Positions 10,000 to 22,800 of a stretch of 28,478 bases of DNA are shown in pieces. The notes below the pieces were generated by a model. It saw nothing but the letters and a program-made list of their open reading frames with translations. It was not told the DNA's origin and ran no database searches. The number at the start of each line of letters is the position of its first letter. Position 1 is the first letter of the stretch. Origin of the DNA: Xylographa opegraphella (Eukaryota); the NCBI GenBank assembly GCA_022813865.1, contig JALDZX010000013.1, positions 434,001-462,478 of the forward strand, written 5' to 3'. The translations under genes were made by a program, and so were the position numbers.

Positions 10000-10403
10000 A
10001 GAATCCGTCAATCATCCTCCTCACAACCATCAACCGCTCTCCTCCACACCCAATTCAATCCGGTCCAATCCCACCTCACTGCCATTCCTGCTCGGATTCA
10101 TTGTCGCCCGCCTCCTGCACATCCGCAATCCGCTGCCATCTCCTTTTTGGGCCATCCACGACCTCCTGAATTCATCCCCAACCTCACCTTCGCTGCATAA
10201 CCGAATTCCGGCAACGCCCATCATCAATTCGTGCGCATCTCATTTAGCGACAAGCGCCCTTCGCTCCAATCATCTCGACTGTCGTGCTCTCCGCCTTTCG
10301 CCCAGCCATCCGAGCATCGACATCATAAGGCAATCCCACCGCGGCTCCCAATTCGTGCTGTGGAACCTTTCCGTCTGCCCATACTCCGTACGCTCCCAAC
10401 TCA

Positions 10404-11226
10404 ATGGCTTCAAAGGTGGGTGCTCTGCTGCGCGTTCCCTCGCACCCGATTGCGTTGCATCCATGTCAAGCAGAGCTGATCGTCTGTCGCGTGCTCTCCA
10501 GTTCCTGCGAGAATACAAGCTGGTCGTGGTCGGTGGTGGTGGCGTGGGAAAATCCTGCCTGACGATCCAGTTGATACAAGCTCACTTTGTGGACGAGTAC
10601 GATCCGACGATTGAAGGTGGGGACTTCGTGCGGCTACTATGGCTACAGCTTATCCTTGCAGACTCGTATCGGAAGCAGTGCGTGATCGACGATGAGGTTG
10701 CTCTCCTCGACGTGCTGGACACCGCGGGGCAGGAAGAGTACTCTGCAATGCGAGAACAATACATGCGGACCGGTGAAGGCTTCTTACTCGTCTACTCCAT
10801 TACCTCACGGCAAAGCTTCGAGGAAATCCAAGTCTTTCAACAACAGATACTCCGGGTCAAGGATAGAGACTACTTTCCGATCATAATAGTGGGAAACAAA
10901 TGCGATCTTGATGGAGATCGGGAAGTGTCGACACAAGGTACGGACCCCTCGGTTCGGTGGGATTTATGGTTGCTGACATGATCGCAGAGGGCGAGGCCAT
11001 GGCTCGAGGCTTTGGTTGCAAATTTATCGAAACTTCGGCCAAATCCCGGATCAACGTTGACAACGCTTTCTACGAGATCGTCCGAGAAATACGGAGATAC
11101 AACAAGGAGATGTCCTCGTATACGTCGGGCACGCAGTCCGGTGCAAATGGGCCCATAAAACCCATGGAAATGAGCGATCCAGGCCAATCAAGGGGTTGCT
11201 GTGGCGGGAAGTGCGTGGTCATGTAA
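10404..11226 (+). CDS. ras1: Ras small GTPase (RasA/Ras1 type)
   Basis: Exons 10404-10415, 10502-10616, 10662-10937 and 10988-11226. [22 protein letters not shown], effector loop YDPTIEDSY, DTAGQEE, NKCD, ETSAK, and C-terminal CCGGKCVVM (palmitoylation cysteines plus CaaX). Confidence 0.97.
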
Positions 11227-12068
11227 AGAGGACCGCGGATGGGGTCAAAAAGGAAAGTTGGAGATGGAAATGGAGCGAGGTTGAAGATGCTCTCGATGAA
11301 CGATGAACCTTCATGGCCGAAGCGTTTACCAGAAGGGGTCCTGCATTATCTTGCCACATCATGTCCAGCAGAGTCCTCGCGATATATGCGAACTTTGTTT
11401 ATCAGGTGTTCTTCGGCTCTTCTTGACTATTTGCATGGGGTCTGGTCTTAAAAAGAGTGTGTTTCTGGAAGTTAGAGGGGCGTTAGGTAGCGTTATCTTC
11501 TTGCCAATACTATCCTCCTGTGCATTCATCATGAGGATTGCGACCACGCCTACCACGATCAACCCAAGGTGACCCTTCCTTCAGTTGGCAGCTATGTGTT
11601 TCATGCAATGGCATGGTCATCGCAAAGTCTGGCCCGATGATTGGATCTCAACTTGTTTCTCTGCCGTCCGATAGCTTTGGAGACCAACGTAATGCACGAC
11701 ATCCAACATGCTTGTGCCGTCGGGACTGAGGCCGTCTCGAAAGTCCAATCGGATGCAGAAGATCATTGAGAATCCATTTCTGGACCTTTTGCACTGTCCA
11801 GGAGCCGGTGTAGCCACGGCGTAGTAATGCATTATGACCCATTGCCCCCCCCCAACTGTACTTGTTCCTCCATCTCGGTGCCTTCGTCAGCTATCCTCGA
11901 CATGACCTTCGTCGATGCCTACGGCCGCTCGCACCACCTGGTTTCGGGAATCCAACCCTCCATTCCTCCGGGATTTTCGTCCCACCTCACCGCTCCCCAC
12001 CCACCTCATGTGCTCCCCGCCCCTGATGCCTCAATACCACATGAAACATCGGCGCTTTCTGCTCCTCC

Positions 12069-12083
12069 NNNNNNNNNNNNNNN
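12069..12083. other. Assembly gap (15 N) next to a poly-C tract
   Basis: Run of N in the sequence. Confidence 0.99.
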
Positions 12084-13313
12084 NCCCCCCCCCCCCTCTC
12101 TCGCCGCCAACCCGATCCTCGATGCTCCAGCGCCACCGGTGCCGAAAACCCGCCAGCACTGTCAATCTCAAATCCATCGTCTGCAGCGCCGTTTCATCCT
12201 GCCTGCTCCTCATCGCAGCGGCCCTTCCCTTCCCTCCCGCCCCGTTACGTGGTCGCGATCGCACCTCCCTGCAGGGGGCTGTGCCACGGTGGCGGGGGGG
12301 AAAAACGCTAGCGGCTTACCTCGGGAGCGGCCACTTGCGGCGTTGATAAAAGCAGTGTGGGATAGGCATTAGGTAGACAACAGGAGACTCGAGAGCAGCG
12401 TTGACGACGACGGGTGCCAAGGCGTGCGAATACATACCTCGGGTGTATGATTGCGGTTTCATGCTCACGTACGGAGAAGATACTGTGGAGCAGGGAAATC
12501 GAGGTCCCAGACGCGGACTCGGAAGGCCGGGGATGGGTCCGCTAGTCGGTTAGCCGACGGGGAAGGGTTGCGCTGCTGGAAGCCACCACGTGCAGTATGG
12601 GGATGCATATACGTGTGGGAAATGGGCTTGATCGATGGGTGGAGAGATGCTTCGTACATGTCCGGGGGTTGCAACCCGTCCATGGCAGGCATCGTTATCG
12701 TGCTACTATCCGGAATAGTCATGGTAAGTGCATGGTGGGGGAGACGTGGCGTGGCGTGGTGGGATATCTGATGGAGTGTGGAGTGTAGAACGTGGCGGTA
12801 TGGGAGGCTGCTCGGTGGTGGTGGTTGACGTGCATATACCTACGTAAAGGTGTGGGTGGGATGCATGTTGGTGGACTGGAAGTGAGATTGATATGGAAGG
12901 GCGTCCTTTATTAGTGGTGGAATTGTCGTCGCGGCTGCATTGCCTGATGAGGATTGGCGAAAAAGGCAATCATCACTGGGCCTCTCTCAAATCTTGAATT
13001 GCCGGATTGAGGTCTTCGGCTGAAAGCCACGTGGTCATGCGTGAGGATGGAGGTTCTGAAACATCGTCTACTGTCCATATTGCCCCGATTGGCGGGAATT
13101 CTACGTTTTTCCACTGTGAGCCTCACGTGTAGCCAGCTAGCGTCTGTCGGGGTCTACATTAATCGCAAGTGCGGTTGCAGCTGAGTGGTCGCAGACAGCT
13201 TAGCCTTTATCTGTGAGACTGCTGAACTTCCCGTTGAAGACTCAAATACATCCACGACTTCCAATATGATTATTATTCAGCATGGTGTGGGCGAACTTTC
13301 ACAAGAAGCTGCT

Positions 13314-13435
13314 CGAAACGTCTGGACATCATAACAAGCTTCATCTCGGTATGAACCCGGGCTGAAAGGGACGAAACGTCTGGACATCGTAACCAGCTAT
13401 TTTTTTTTGGAATAGAACTGGGCTAAAAGGGGGGG
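13314..13435. repeat. Imperfect tandem duplication of a ~58-bp unit
   Basis: CGAAACGTCTGGACATC(A/G)TAAC(A/C)AGCT...GGGCT(G/A)AAAGGG occurs at 13314 and 13372. Confidence 0.85.
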
Positions 13436-14189
13436 CATGGGCAGTCATCAGCGTGAGAGACAGCTCTGTCTACCACATCATCCGGGAGTAGGCGTAGGCG
13501 TAACCAAGAAAGTGAACGGAGATGAGATGATGGTACGAACCGCTTTCACGGACGTAGAAGGTTCGTTGGCATCTTGCAGGAAATTCCAGAAATCGCCAGT
13601 GCGAACCAAGACGTGGAGCGAAGACCTGCCGAAACCGTCTACAACACCCGCGGTCGCATGCTTCAGGTACCTCACTGTCGCAAGATGCAGGATGCCAGGG
13701 TGGCACTAGAGGACCAAAACCCATTTCCTGGGACTTATGGTGGATGGGTTGACGGAGACAAATGCCGTTGTAGAATTATGTGGTAGTTCTCATGCGGTAC
13801 CCGCCAGAAAGCACTGGCGCATAAGGCGAACAACAGCACAAACTGATCTGGAGACTGCATAAAGAATGTGGAAACAACGTGCCGCCAGTAAGAAACCGCC
13901 TGTGTGGTAGGGGTGAAATGGCGTGTTCCTCACTTTGTGAGTGCCCAGGAAATTGGTAGGTTGTCGAACAACTGTGAGATGGTATGTATCATCATGTCCA
14001 CAGATTTCACAGTATATTTGCAAAAAGCTCTTTTGGTGTCCCAGCCCTTGTTTTGTGCATCCAGGTGCTTGGCCCGGCGACGGGGGTTCGTTGAAATCTC
14101 TCACAGCGCTAGAAATGTTTTGAATTGTAGATCCTTCTGGTAGAAGTCGCTACACTGACAACAAGAGCAGCTTTAATGTGGACATCTAT

Positions 14190-15438
14190 CTATATTTTGG
14201 CGGGCTTTTTGTATAAGTAGTTGCCAGTACCGGCCTATTGCATTGTCAGTTCCAACCAGTTTTTATATTAAGGAGTAAGCCATTCGAGATAGTCCAGAGG
14301 TTACTCAGTCATGAACTCACTTGGTGGTTTGGGAAGATCAACATATCCTTCATAGATTGTCAGTGGCGCAACCTCCTATACTATTCATGATCACTTACAG
14401 CAACCACAACATTCTCTCTCTGTCCTGCGGCAAATACTATAGACTCTGCTATGTCGTCAGGAGTAAGTGGCTCACAATTTCTAGCTATTCGTCAGTTTGT
14501 TAATATGCGAAAAGACGTGCTGCTCACGCATAGACAGCGTCTGCCTTTGCCTTGTCGCCATAGAATCGAATTACGGAAAATTCCTGAATATGTAAGAGAG
14601 AACCCGCAGGAATTTTTTTCACGGAGTGCCTCACTGTCTCCACCTGACCAGGGTCGACCTCCATGACTCTTATTCTCGTCGATATAAGCTCTCTTCGGAG
14701 GGCATCTGTAAAGGCTCGTATGCATGCTTTGGTAGCACAATATATGCTTCCACCAGGGTATGGCTCCCGTCCTGCAATACTACCAATGTTTATTATATCT
14801 CCTCGACCGCCTTCATCGCGCTTCTTGTATAACTTCAAGACCTCTTGTGTCATGTTGATAAGTCCTAACACATTGGTGTCGAACATGACTTTTATGTCTT
14901 GGCCTATTATTGAGGGGGCTTGTGCATTCCCTTTGACCAATCCTCTATATGTATCATAGTCAGCGTCATTATTCCAAAGGAGTGGAGACTTCATCAATGC
15001 CTACGCGTTGTTGACTAATACATCGATCTCCTTAAATTCCTCTGGTAGATTCTCTACAAAACCTGCAACTTCTTCCTCATTACTCACATCCAGCTTAAGG
15101 GGCAACATCTTCACTCCATCTCCCACCTCCTTCTTGATGTCTTCTGCAATCTGTTTCAATGTGTCAATCCTCCGTGCGGTCAGGATCAGCTTGAGATTCT
15201 TCGGTGACGTCCTTGCAAACTCGAATGCGGTAGAGCGGCCGATGCCGCTAGAGGCTCCCGTTATCACAATTGTTTTGCCCTCGAGGCGCTTTCCCATCGC
15301 CGAAGTCATTATGCCCCTGAAAATATTGCGGCGTGACGACAAATGCCAGAACTGGGATAAGAGCGACTTTTTGAGGTTGAGAGCTCCGGAGGCTGCAGAA
15401 AGGCTTGAAGAGTGTAAGATTCGCTGTAGAGCAAGCAT
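14190..15438 (-). CDS. NADP-dependent short-chain dehydrogenase (YMR226C/YdfG-like 3-hydroxy acid/serine dehydrogenase)
   Basis: Exons 15438-15005, 14944-14635, 14583-14528, 14480-14399, 14347-14321 and 14234-14190. Motifs TGASSGIG, LVNNAG, NIGSIAG, YCATK, DPGQVETEFS and PLTPDDIAE. Alternative starts at 15309 and 15297. Confidence 0.93.
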
Positions 15439-16756
15439 ACGAAGCTCACCTTAGACTCGACGGTTTGGGTCTGGGTCAAATCGAAGGGAGAATGGATGTA
15501 ATGGCTTTGACAGCTTGTGCTTCCTTTCCACCCCGCGAGTTCTGAGTTGCATATGACGTATGTATTTACATTAACCTTAATTACCTTAGTCTTAGCCCCA
15601 TTTTATAGCCTAGTCTATTTCGAGCTAAAGTAATTGCTAGTGGGCCTTATCAGAAACACCGATTTTTGTCGATTGTACTCGTACTGGACATCCAGATGGA
15701 ATCAATGATTCTTGTTTAGATGAGACGAGCATGCTCGAGAACTAAAGTATCCTCGCCTCCACTAACGTTAATCCTCGCAGCTGCTCTCTCACTCCTGTCA
15801 AGCAATAATTATCAGAGCTCGAACAGCCCGGAGGTCTGGTCAAGTCCAACCCACTGGAGTTGGTCTCTCATCCTTCAGATTTGGAAAGTCGTGAATGAAA
15901 TTTCCTACACGTATGGTGATGGCTGCCTTCTGCAGAAAGCCTGAGTTTAGCTTTGCTGTTTTCTGAAATACTTTCTTTGAGTTTGGACCATCTCCACTTC
16001 AGAGGAGGTCTTTTGAAACTCTTATCCCGTATGTGAATCATGGATCGATACATTTATTTCTACCGTGCAAAACATGACAGTATTTTCGTGCTATGTGAAT
16101 CTGGAAGTGAATGTATGAAAATTCACTCTGCTACTGTACTAGCTTATGCGAAGTTTCACAGTCGCGAACCATCAATTTGGGATTTAGAAAGTGTTTAGTC
16201 CCCTTCAGACAGAACAATAACTTAGCATTAAAGGATTATAGCGACTCACGATTTGCCTTATCTTAGGATCACAACCTTCAGTAGTAACAAACCGGAATAG
16301 GGACAGTATATCACGACATTAACCAGATGATATACAGTGCAGAGCCTACTGATCCGAACACAACCTTGCCATTCATACTCGCGGTATCAAGCACCTCTGG
16401 TCATCCTCTCCACACATCCGGAGCTCTTTAATACTTCGGAACGGAAACTCTGACCCTACCTCCAGCGTCAAACCTGCATCGGCAAAGCCAGATGTCAATC
16501 CTGTCATTGTCTTTAGCACCATGCTTGTAAGGTAATTATCCCTATTCTTCAGCGCTGAATGACCGAAAGCCGTAATGTTCACAATTGTCACATCGTCTTT
16601 GTTTGTTTTCTCTAACAATAGTCTTGTGTTAATAAATCTTGGCTACGTACCTGCTCCACAAATGTTTTCTCCTCAAAACAACAATTATCTTCTGTTTTCT
16701 TCCATGACTACCATTACTGTACTGACTAAATTTGCAGCTTTCCGTTCCATCAAGAC

Positions 16757-17797
16757 ATGGACACTCTATGCACTCTTGACCAAAGAATGACTTCAATTCT
16801 GGACGAACGAAAACCCTTACAGTACGCCGAGGACGATGAAATACACGCAACAACACAGGTCTCAGAGTCTTCAGACAGCCTCAGTCTCAGTTCCGAAACT
16901 AGTACTACTTCTTGCAGGACATCTATAGAGTTCCGCTACGGAACTCAAGATTATCCTGCGGCCACAGCCTCCACATCCATCAAAGCCCTCGACCTTGCTC
17001 TACCAGAAGCGATAGAGAAGCGTAATGGGCTTCTAGTAAATAGGTGGCCTCATAGCTGGCTGGAGATCAGACAGCATAACTACCTGGCAGTAGAGATGTA
17101 CATATCAAGATCCAGCAGGATGTCGGAAGACAGTTCTGTCAGTATTGAAGATCTTGAGACTCCCGAAGATCTGAAATGTGCTGATGACCTGGAGTGTGCT
17201 GAAGACCTGGAATGTGCCGAAGACCCGGAGTATGCCGAAGACTTTGAGACCGCTATGAAACTAAGATTCGGGGATCGGCGAACTTACTTTCACCACCTCA
17301 ATTTTCACAATCAACCCGTCTACCATAAGTCATCAACTCCACCGGAGGTATCACTTTGGTTAATCATAACTGAAACAAACCCCAAATCACGATATTCGCT
17401 GTTCTGTCGTGAATTGGTCATAGCTTCTCAGGCAGGAAAGCTTATCGACCCAGTACACTACCAAGGACCCGAGGAACTCCTGGAATTAAAAGGCAATGCA
17501 CTCCGGAATGCCGTCACAGGCTACGTCGACATAGCGTACCGGCCGTTGGGAACATGGGGTCGGGATTATTACAGCTCGGATGAGGTGGTGCCTGTTTGCT
17601 CAACTACAATTTATAACTGGTTCGATGGAGAATATAACAGAGGCCCACCAAAAGGGTATACTATTCGCTCATGCGATGGAGATGTTCTCATTAACGACGA
17701 CGGCCGAGTACACTTAACGCAACAAACCTCGGCAAAGGTCGCAAGCAAATCCAAGCTTTGCATAGTCCAATGTGTGGACGACAATCAAGAGTCGTGA
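16757..17797 (+). CDS. Uncharacterised acidic protein, paralogue of the 19822-23910 locus; possibly a truncated or pseudogenised copy
   Basis: 346-aa ORF. Its C-terminal ~160 aa align by eye with ORF 21033-21728 (HHLNF..QPV, P.VS.W, AGK..DP, ELKG..L...VTG.VDI.Y...GTW, DGD...NDDGRVHL). Confidence 0.65.
   Translation: MDTLCTLDQRMTSILDERKPLQYAEDDEIHATTQVSESSDSLSLSSETSTTSCRTSIEFRYGTQDYPAATASTSIKALDLALPEAIEKRNGLLVNRWPHSWLEIRQHNYLAVEMYISRSSRMSEDSSVSIEDLETPEDLKCADDLECAEDLECAEDPEYAEDFETAMKLRFGDRRTYFHHLNFHNQPVYHKSSTPPEVSLWLIITETNPKSRYSLFCRELVIASQAGKLIDPVHYQGPEELLELKGNALRNAVTGYVDIAYRPLGTWGRDYYSSDEVVPVCSTTIYNWFDGEYNRGPPKGYTIRSCDGDVLINDDGRVHLTQQTSAKVASKSKLCIVQCVDDNQES
17147..17254 (+). repeat. Coding minisatellite, 6 x 18 bp
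   Basis: Encodes EDLETP EDLKCA DDLECA EDLECA EDPEYA EDFETA. Confidence 0.9.
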
Positions 17798-19821
17798 AGG
17801 AAGACCGCTGGTATATAACTATGATATAGGTGAATAGTCTTTTCCTGGACACAACTTCCAAGGAGATTATGGACCAAGAAGACCGTGAAGACACAGTAGG
17901 GATTGTTCAATGGTATTCAAGGATGCCCTGACTGCGATACCTGATTTTGAGACAGAATCGGAGGGGTACATCTCAACGGCACAGCCAAGGTAAACATGCA
18001 CTACGCCACTGCTATCAATGGCAGTAATATGATCTGCAATACCTCTTCTGCAGCGTTCTACGGGCAAAAGTTCACGAAGGGCAACACTCTCCCAGTCTTT
18101 TTCAATAGTGGCTCTGTGACAGATTTTCAAGCAGAAGTTCGGTGGAAGAGCAACAGCAAAGAGCGAGGTCGCTCCAGGTTGCATTGAGAGTCAAGCAGTA
18201 GACTTCTGTCGAAAGGCAATTTTGAGCCATCGGTTGGCTTGGGAGTGACAAATTTGAATCGCTCGCATGATGGGATTGATAAATGAGTCACTGTATCACC
18301 GAAGCATTATTGCTCACGATTAGTACAGCACGATTTCGTTGTGTGGTTTCTTGGGATGAATGAGTCCAGTAGCAGTTTATGGGACGAGTCAATTTGGAGA
18401 TCTGGGTCATCATACAGAAAAATACGATGCAAAAAGATCACACACATAACACCTGTGTGAAATTCAGTAACGTAAGACTAGAATAATACTCGTTATCATG
18501 TCATTGCGAGCCCATGTCCTATTCTACTGTTGTGTGATCAGATGCAAGGATTGACAAGTCTGAAGTAGCCTGTACGGCAACCTCATGCGATTTGAATCAG
18601 GAAAATCAGGCTTTGACCATAGTCTCGGAGCTCTTGAGCACTCTGCTTTCTACGAGATAAGATTTCATCATCCTGTAAAGGCAGTACGGCTGTTGATCCG
18701 CCGCTTGCGTATGCTAATCTGCAATGTTGTGAAATAAGTCGGACATATTGTCACACGTACTGAGAAATTTTTCTTTACTTTTATGTACTTGGGACCTTCG
18801 ATGATCCGAGGTATCACATTTGGTAACTGCGTACATGATGATGTGTGCTTTTTATCGGCTCTCGCGGAAGTTGCTTGGTGTCCATTATGATTCAAGGTTT
18901 GCTCACAGTATGGAGTTTGTTTGTGAAGTAAAATCATCAATTCTATGCGTTAGTCTATTTCGAGTGACGACGGACTTATGACAGGAGCTGCTAAACTTAA
19001 GTATTTATGCTGTCCCGTCCTTTACTGTTGTTTCATTGTTTCTCTTGTAAATACTATTCTAATAGATATTCTTCGGTATCTTCGCTCAGCTTCGCAGTGG
19101 TCTTTGTAAATTGCACACGTTTAGGTGTATTCGAATTGCTTTTGGTATATTCGAAAGCACTTAGCTCATAGAATCTGTATAGTGCAATCGAGTTCGCGTT
19201 CCAAATGAGTTTATATTGGTATATCTGTCACAGTATATATGAGGATATGTATGCTGATGTGTTCTGAACATCTATGTTTTGGCTAGTGTGGTATCATAGC
19301 TGTGGTGAAAACTATTTCTATAACAATGTGTTGATAAGATCGCCAAAGGCACGTGAAGTGTCATGAGTCACCGGTATACTACCGTGGGAACCAGTAGGGA
19401 CTTTGACTGTGGTGAATCGCCGCTTCGAAGGTGAACAGCAACCAGGAAACATGGTGTGTTAATGGTGTCTCTCTTGCCAGTTGTATGACTTCTCTTCTGT
19501 TTTGATCCTTCTTGTTTTCTTCTCCTCCTTTCACACACACACAATATTCAAAACGTTCATGCTCAGCTATCTGAAGTCTGCAAACAACTTCTTACACTTC
19601 ATGGAAGGTTGTCTACTACCATTAGTGTTTCAGTTCCTGCTCAAGCACACAGGTTCTCCTTCCACTCTACTTTTCCACACTCACGTCCACTGCACTTCCT
19701 GGTAGTGATTCTTATCTTGAAGCTAGTAATATTTGGAAGAGTAACACTAAGTTACCTAATCTATCTCTACCTCTACACTTACAACGACCTCTATTGTTTG
19801 TTCTCTCCATCTTCTACCACG

Positions 19822-22800
19822 ATGGCGGCTTCCTGGATTCCCTTCATATTCGCAACTCTTCAATCTCAGGTGAGCATCAACTCCCAGTTCTTCCACGACC
19901 CATATTACGAACCTATAAACTGTATATACATTTGAAACTGACCTCTGTTTCCTAGGCTTACAAACTCGGAAGATATGTTGCTGCCGGTTCGTGGTGTGAA
20001 ATAACCCGAGAAGAGAAGGTATTCATAAAATGTCCTACGTGTAATGATCATGACTAAGCCAAACAGATTGATTTCCAAAACTCGGATGGCCTCAATTTGC
20101 AGCCACTAAGAGAATACTTGCTTGTCGACATTGCTTTGGTAAATTTACGCAGTGCCATGTACGGCTCAGGTCGATTTCTTCTGCCTTCCGAATCACCGAC
20201 ACAAGCAATATCTACGTACTGTGCAATATACAATGAAGCAGCTGGATGGTTCGAGGTTTCGGTACGAGGAAACCTTCGAACACATCACGCCAAGCAAGAA
20301 CTTGGGGTATCAGAGGGTATACTACTCGAACCCAACGATACGGAGGATTGTTTTTTACCACATTCCCAAGCATACCCGCTGAACAACACTACCGCTGCAG
20401 GCGGTATGGAATATTCATCTTCTTCGGAGGCACAAGGCATCATTGGCACTCCGGAGATATCGAAACCTTCTGTGGTTCCTATCCCATCGAAAACTTCTGC
20501 AACGAAGGACAATGTAGCAGCTCCAAACACAGTGGCCCTTGTCCTTAAACATTCCACGGAGTCACTTTCTCTATCCTCTTGTATTTTGGACGCTCCTTCC
20601 GTCCCAGCTTATGCATACTACGAATCGAAATCTGGCTGTGACTGGGCTTCAATGCTAGATGATGAAGATGAGGAAGAGTCCTACGCTTCTCCATATTATC
20701 ATTCGCCCAGTGGAGAGGACTGCGCGATGATTGATGAAGAATACCGGTTCGAACACGATGACAGAGTGGTAACTCCTCCTGTTATGCTGCCTGATACGCC
20801 TGACCACGTTGCAATCGATGGATCTCGAACCTGTGTATCTACTGCTCCAATGGTCGAAACGTCTCCACGGCATACGAGTTCTGTCCTCGTCGCTGTAAAC
20901 AAGAAACATCCTTCGGCCACTAACATTGGTATCGAGTCCCCATTGCCAAACCTTCGGCAGTACATCCCGTAAGATACCACAGCAGCTTTTGAGAAGGTTC
21001 TGGCTGAGCTTGATCCGAAACATCGCCAAACTATGGCTGGTCGCCGATACGCTCAAGGCGTTGTTCACTGGCAGTGGATGTGCGAGGCCTCTGAACAACT
21101 ATTGGCGTCAGGGCGAGGCCGGCGAACTCGCTTGGAGGAATCCGATCGGTCAGTAGGCTGGTTTGGGGTGGACATTCATGAGAATAGATCTGCGAAAGTG
21201 TCTCATAGCCCCGCCTCTGATCCTCGAGTTCCAAAATCTCCGAAGCCCATCCATCACATCAACTTCGCTGGCCAGCCTGTACATGAGAGGACATACACTA
21301 GCCCAGCAGTATCATTTTGGGCAGCCACGAGTGAGGGTTTGAAGAATCGAATTGATCACAATGGGTCACTGCTCCGTTCGGTGATTTCTTCAAACGCCGG
21401 AAAAATGCTTGACCCGTTCATCGGTCCATCAGTTGCACCAGAACTGAAAGGTTCCAAGCTTAAGGAGTGGGTCACCGGAGCCGTCGATATTGTTTACCAG
21501 ACATATGGAACTTGGATAGAGGATGAGCTAGAACCCGATGATGATCGCCGAATTGCTGATGTGCCATGCTGTTTTGCTGGATGTGAGGATATAAACTGTC
21601 CTCCAATTCCATATATCATCGACCTCTCGGACGGAGACATTGTGGTGAATGATGATGGTCGTGTTCATCTGGGACAAAAAAGCCAAAGAGGAAATGTGTT
21701 CGACTGCGCTCGAAGCTTTGCAGGGTGACGAATATTAGCAGGATGAACGCAGAAGACCATACTCCTCTATCTACCTACCCCGAGAACTTCTACACAGTGC
21801 CATCAGATGCTCTCGATGCTCTGTTTATGGAGACTACTCCGGAGGTGTCTATCAATATGCCGGCGCTGATACTTGAGACGATCAGCAGAGACAAACTTGA
21901 GTACCAAGCTACTTCTTCGCCTATACCAAAGGAGACCGCATTCACGACTCAGCAAATGTCAGATCGACTATTCGCTTTATTTTCTGAATTCGACGAAGCC
22001 GATGACATGGCTTCAAGCGAAGCAGAGCCATTAAGTGCCGAAGATGAAAATATATCATCACTGTCTACAATATGGGAGCATACAGAAGATCAGGAGTACG
22101 AAATGTCGACGTGCTTTCGGATCGACCTGGACTTATCGATGAAAGCCACATTACAAATCCCTGTCACTAATTTCAAGGACGCCTCAGAGGATAGAGCTCC
22201 AGCTTTGTTCGGGTTAGATGATACTTTGCTCCTACAAGCTTCTGTAGTCATCTCCAGTGGTACGAGACAATGGAAGTCTTTCACTATACAGACGGAAATG
22301 TTCGATGCCGTGGTACAGGAAAATCCTGAAGTCGAATCAAGCTCACAGTCAAAGACATATTCAGATCCTTCATCCACATATTACTGACAACACTAATATG
22401 TCAAGTGATCGTATGCTACACCAAGCAATTATCTCTATACAGGATCTGGCTATCTTGAAGATGTTCAGCCTCTTCAGTTTTGACCGCGCGACTAATGAAA
22501 GCAATTTATCACTATCCTTCGCTACAAAAAAAAGACGTTTTATATGCTTATATTGCGATGCATGAACCAGGTGTTAGCTCCCGAGCTACATCACTGGTCA
22601 CAGATGCTTACAAGACAAAAACGGTTGATGCGATTACATGGCCACTCGAGGAATTGGGTTACTTTGCTATCAAGGCAAATGAGGAGGAAGCACCCATTAT
22701 TCAGAGCACTCCTATTATTATAACTAACGGGAAAATTCCGTTTCCTACCAACATCGAAGTACAGTCACCAGAATGGGCCGAAGAGTACTGGATAAACCAC

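Noticed and set aside
8600..10400. Short ORFs upstream of Ras, including poly-His and poly-Thr frames
   Set aside because: They arise from the CCA microsatellite and C-rich promoter/5'UTR sequence and show no recognisable protein motifs.
10355..10981. 208-aa ORF as the Ras protein with an unusual N-terminus and insertions
   Set aside because: The extra segments are in-frame introns with clear GT/branch/AG signals. The spliced product is a normal Ras.
13314..13435. CRISPR-like repeat-spacer pattern
   Set aside because: Only two copies, the intervening parts resemble each other, the context is eukaryotic and there are no cas genes.
11230..14180. Many 60-180 aa ORFs between Ras and the SDR
   Set aside because: They overlap on both strands, are low-complexity, some span the N gap, and none has a convincing motif or exon chain. 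A small gene cannot be fully excluded.
21675..21682. Programmed -1 ribosomal frameshift at AAAAAAG
   Set aside because: The heptamer is not phased as X XXY YYZ in the upstream frame (CAA AAA AGC), and the gene has other lesions.
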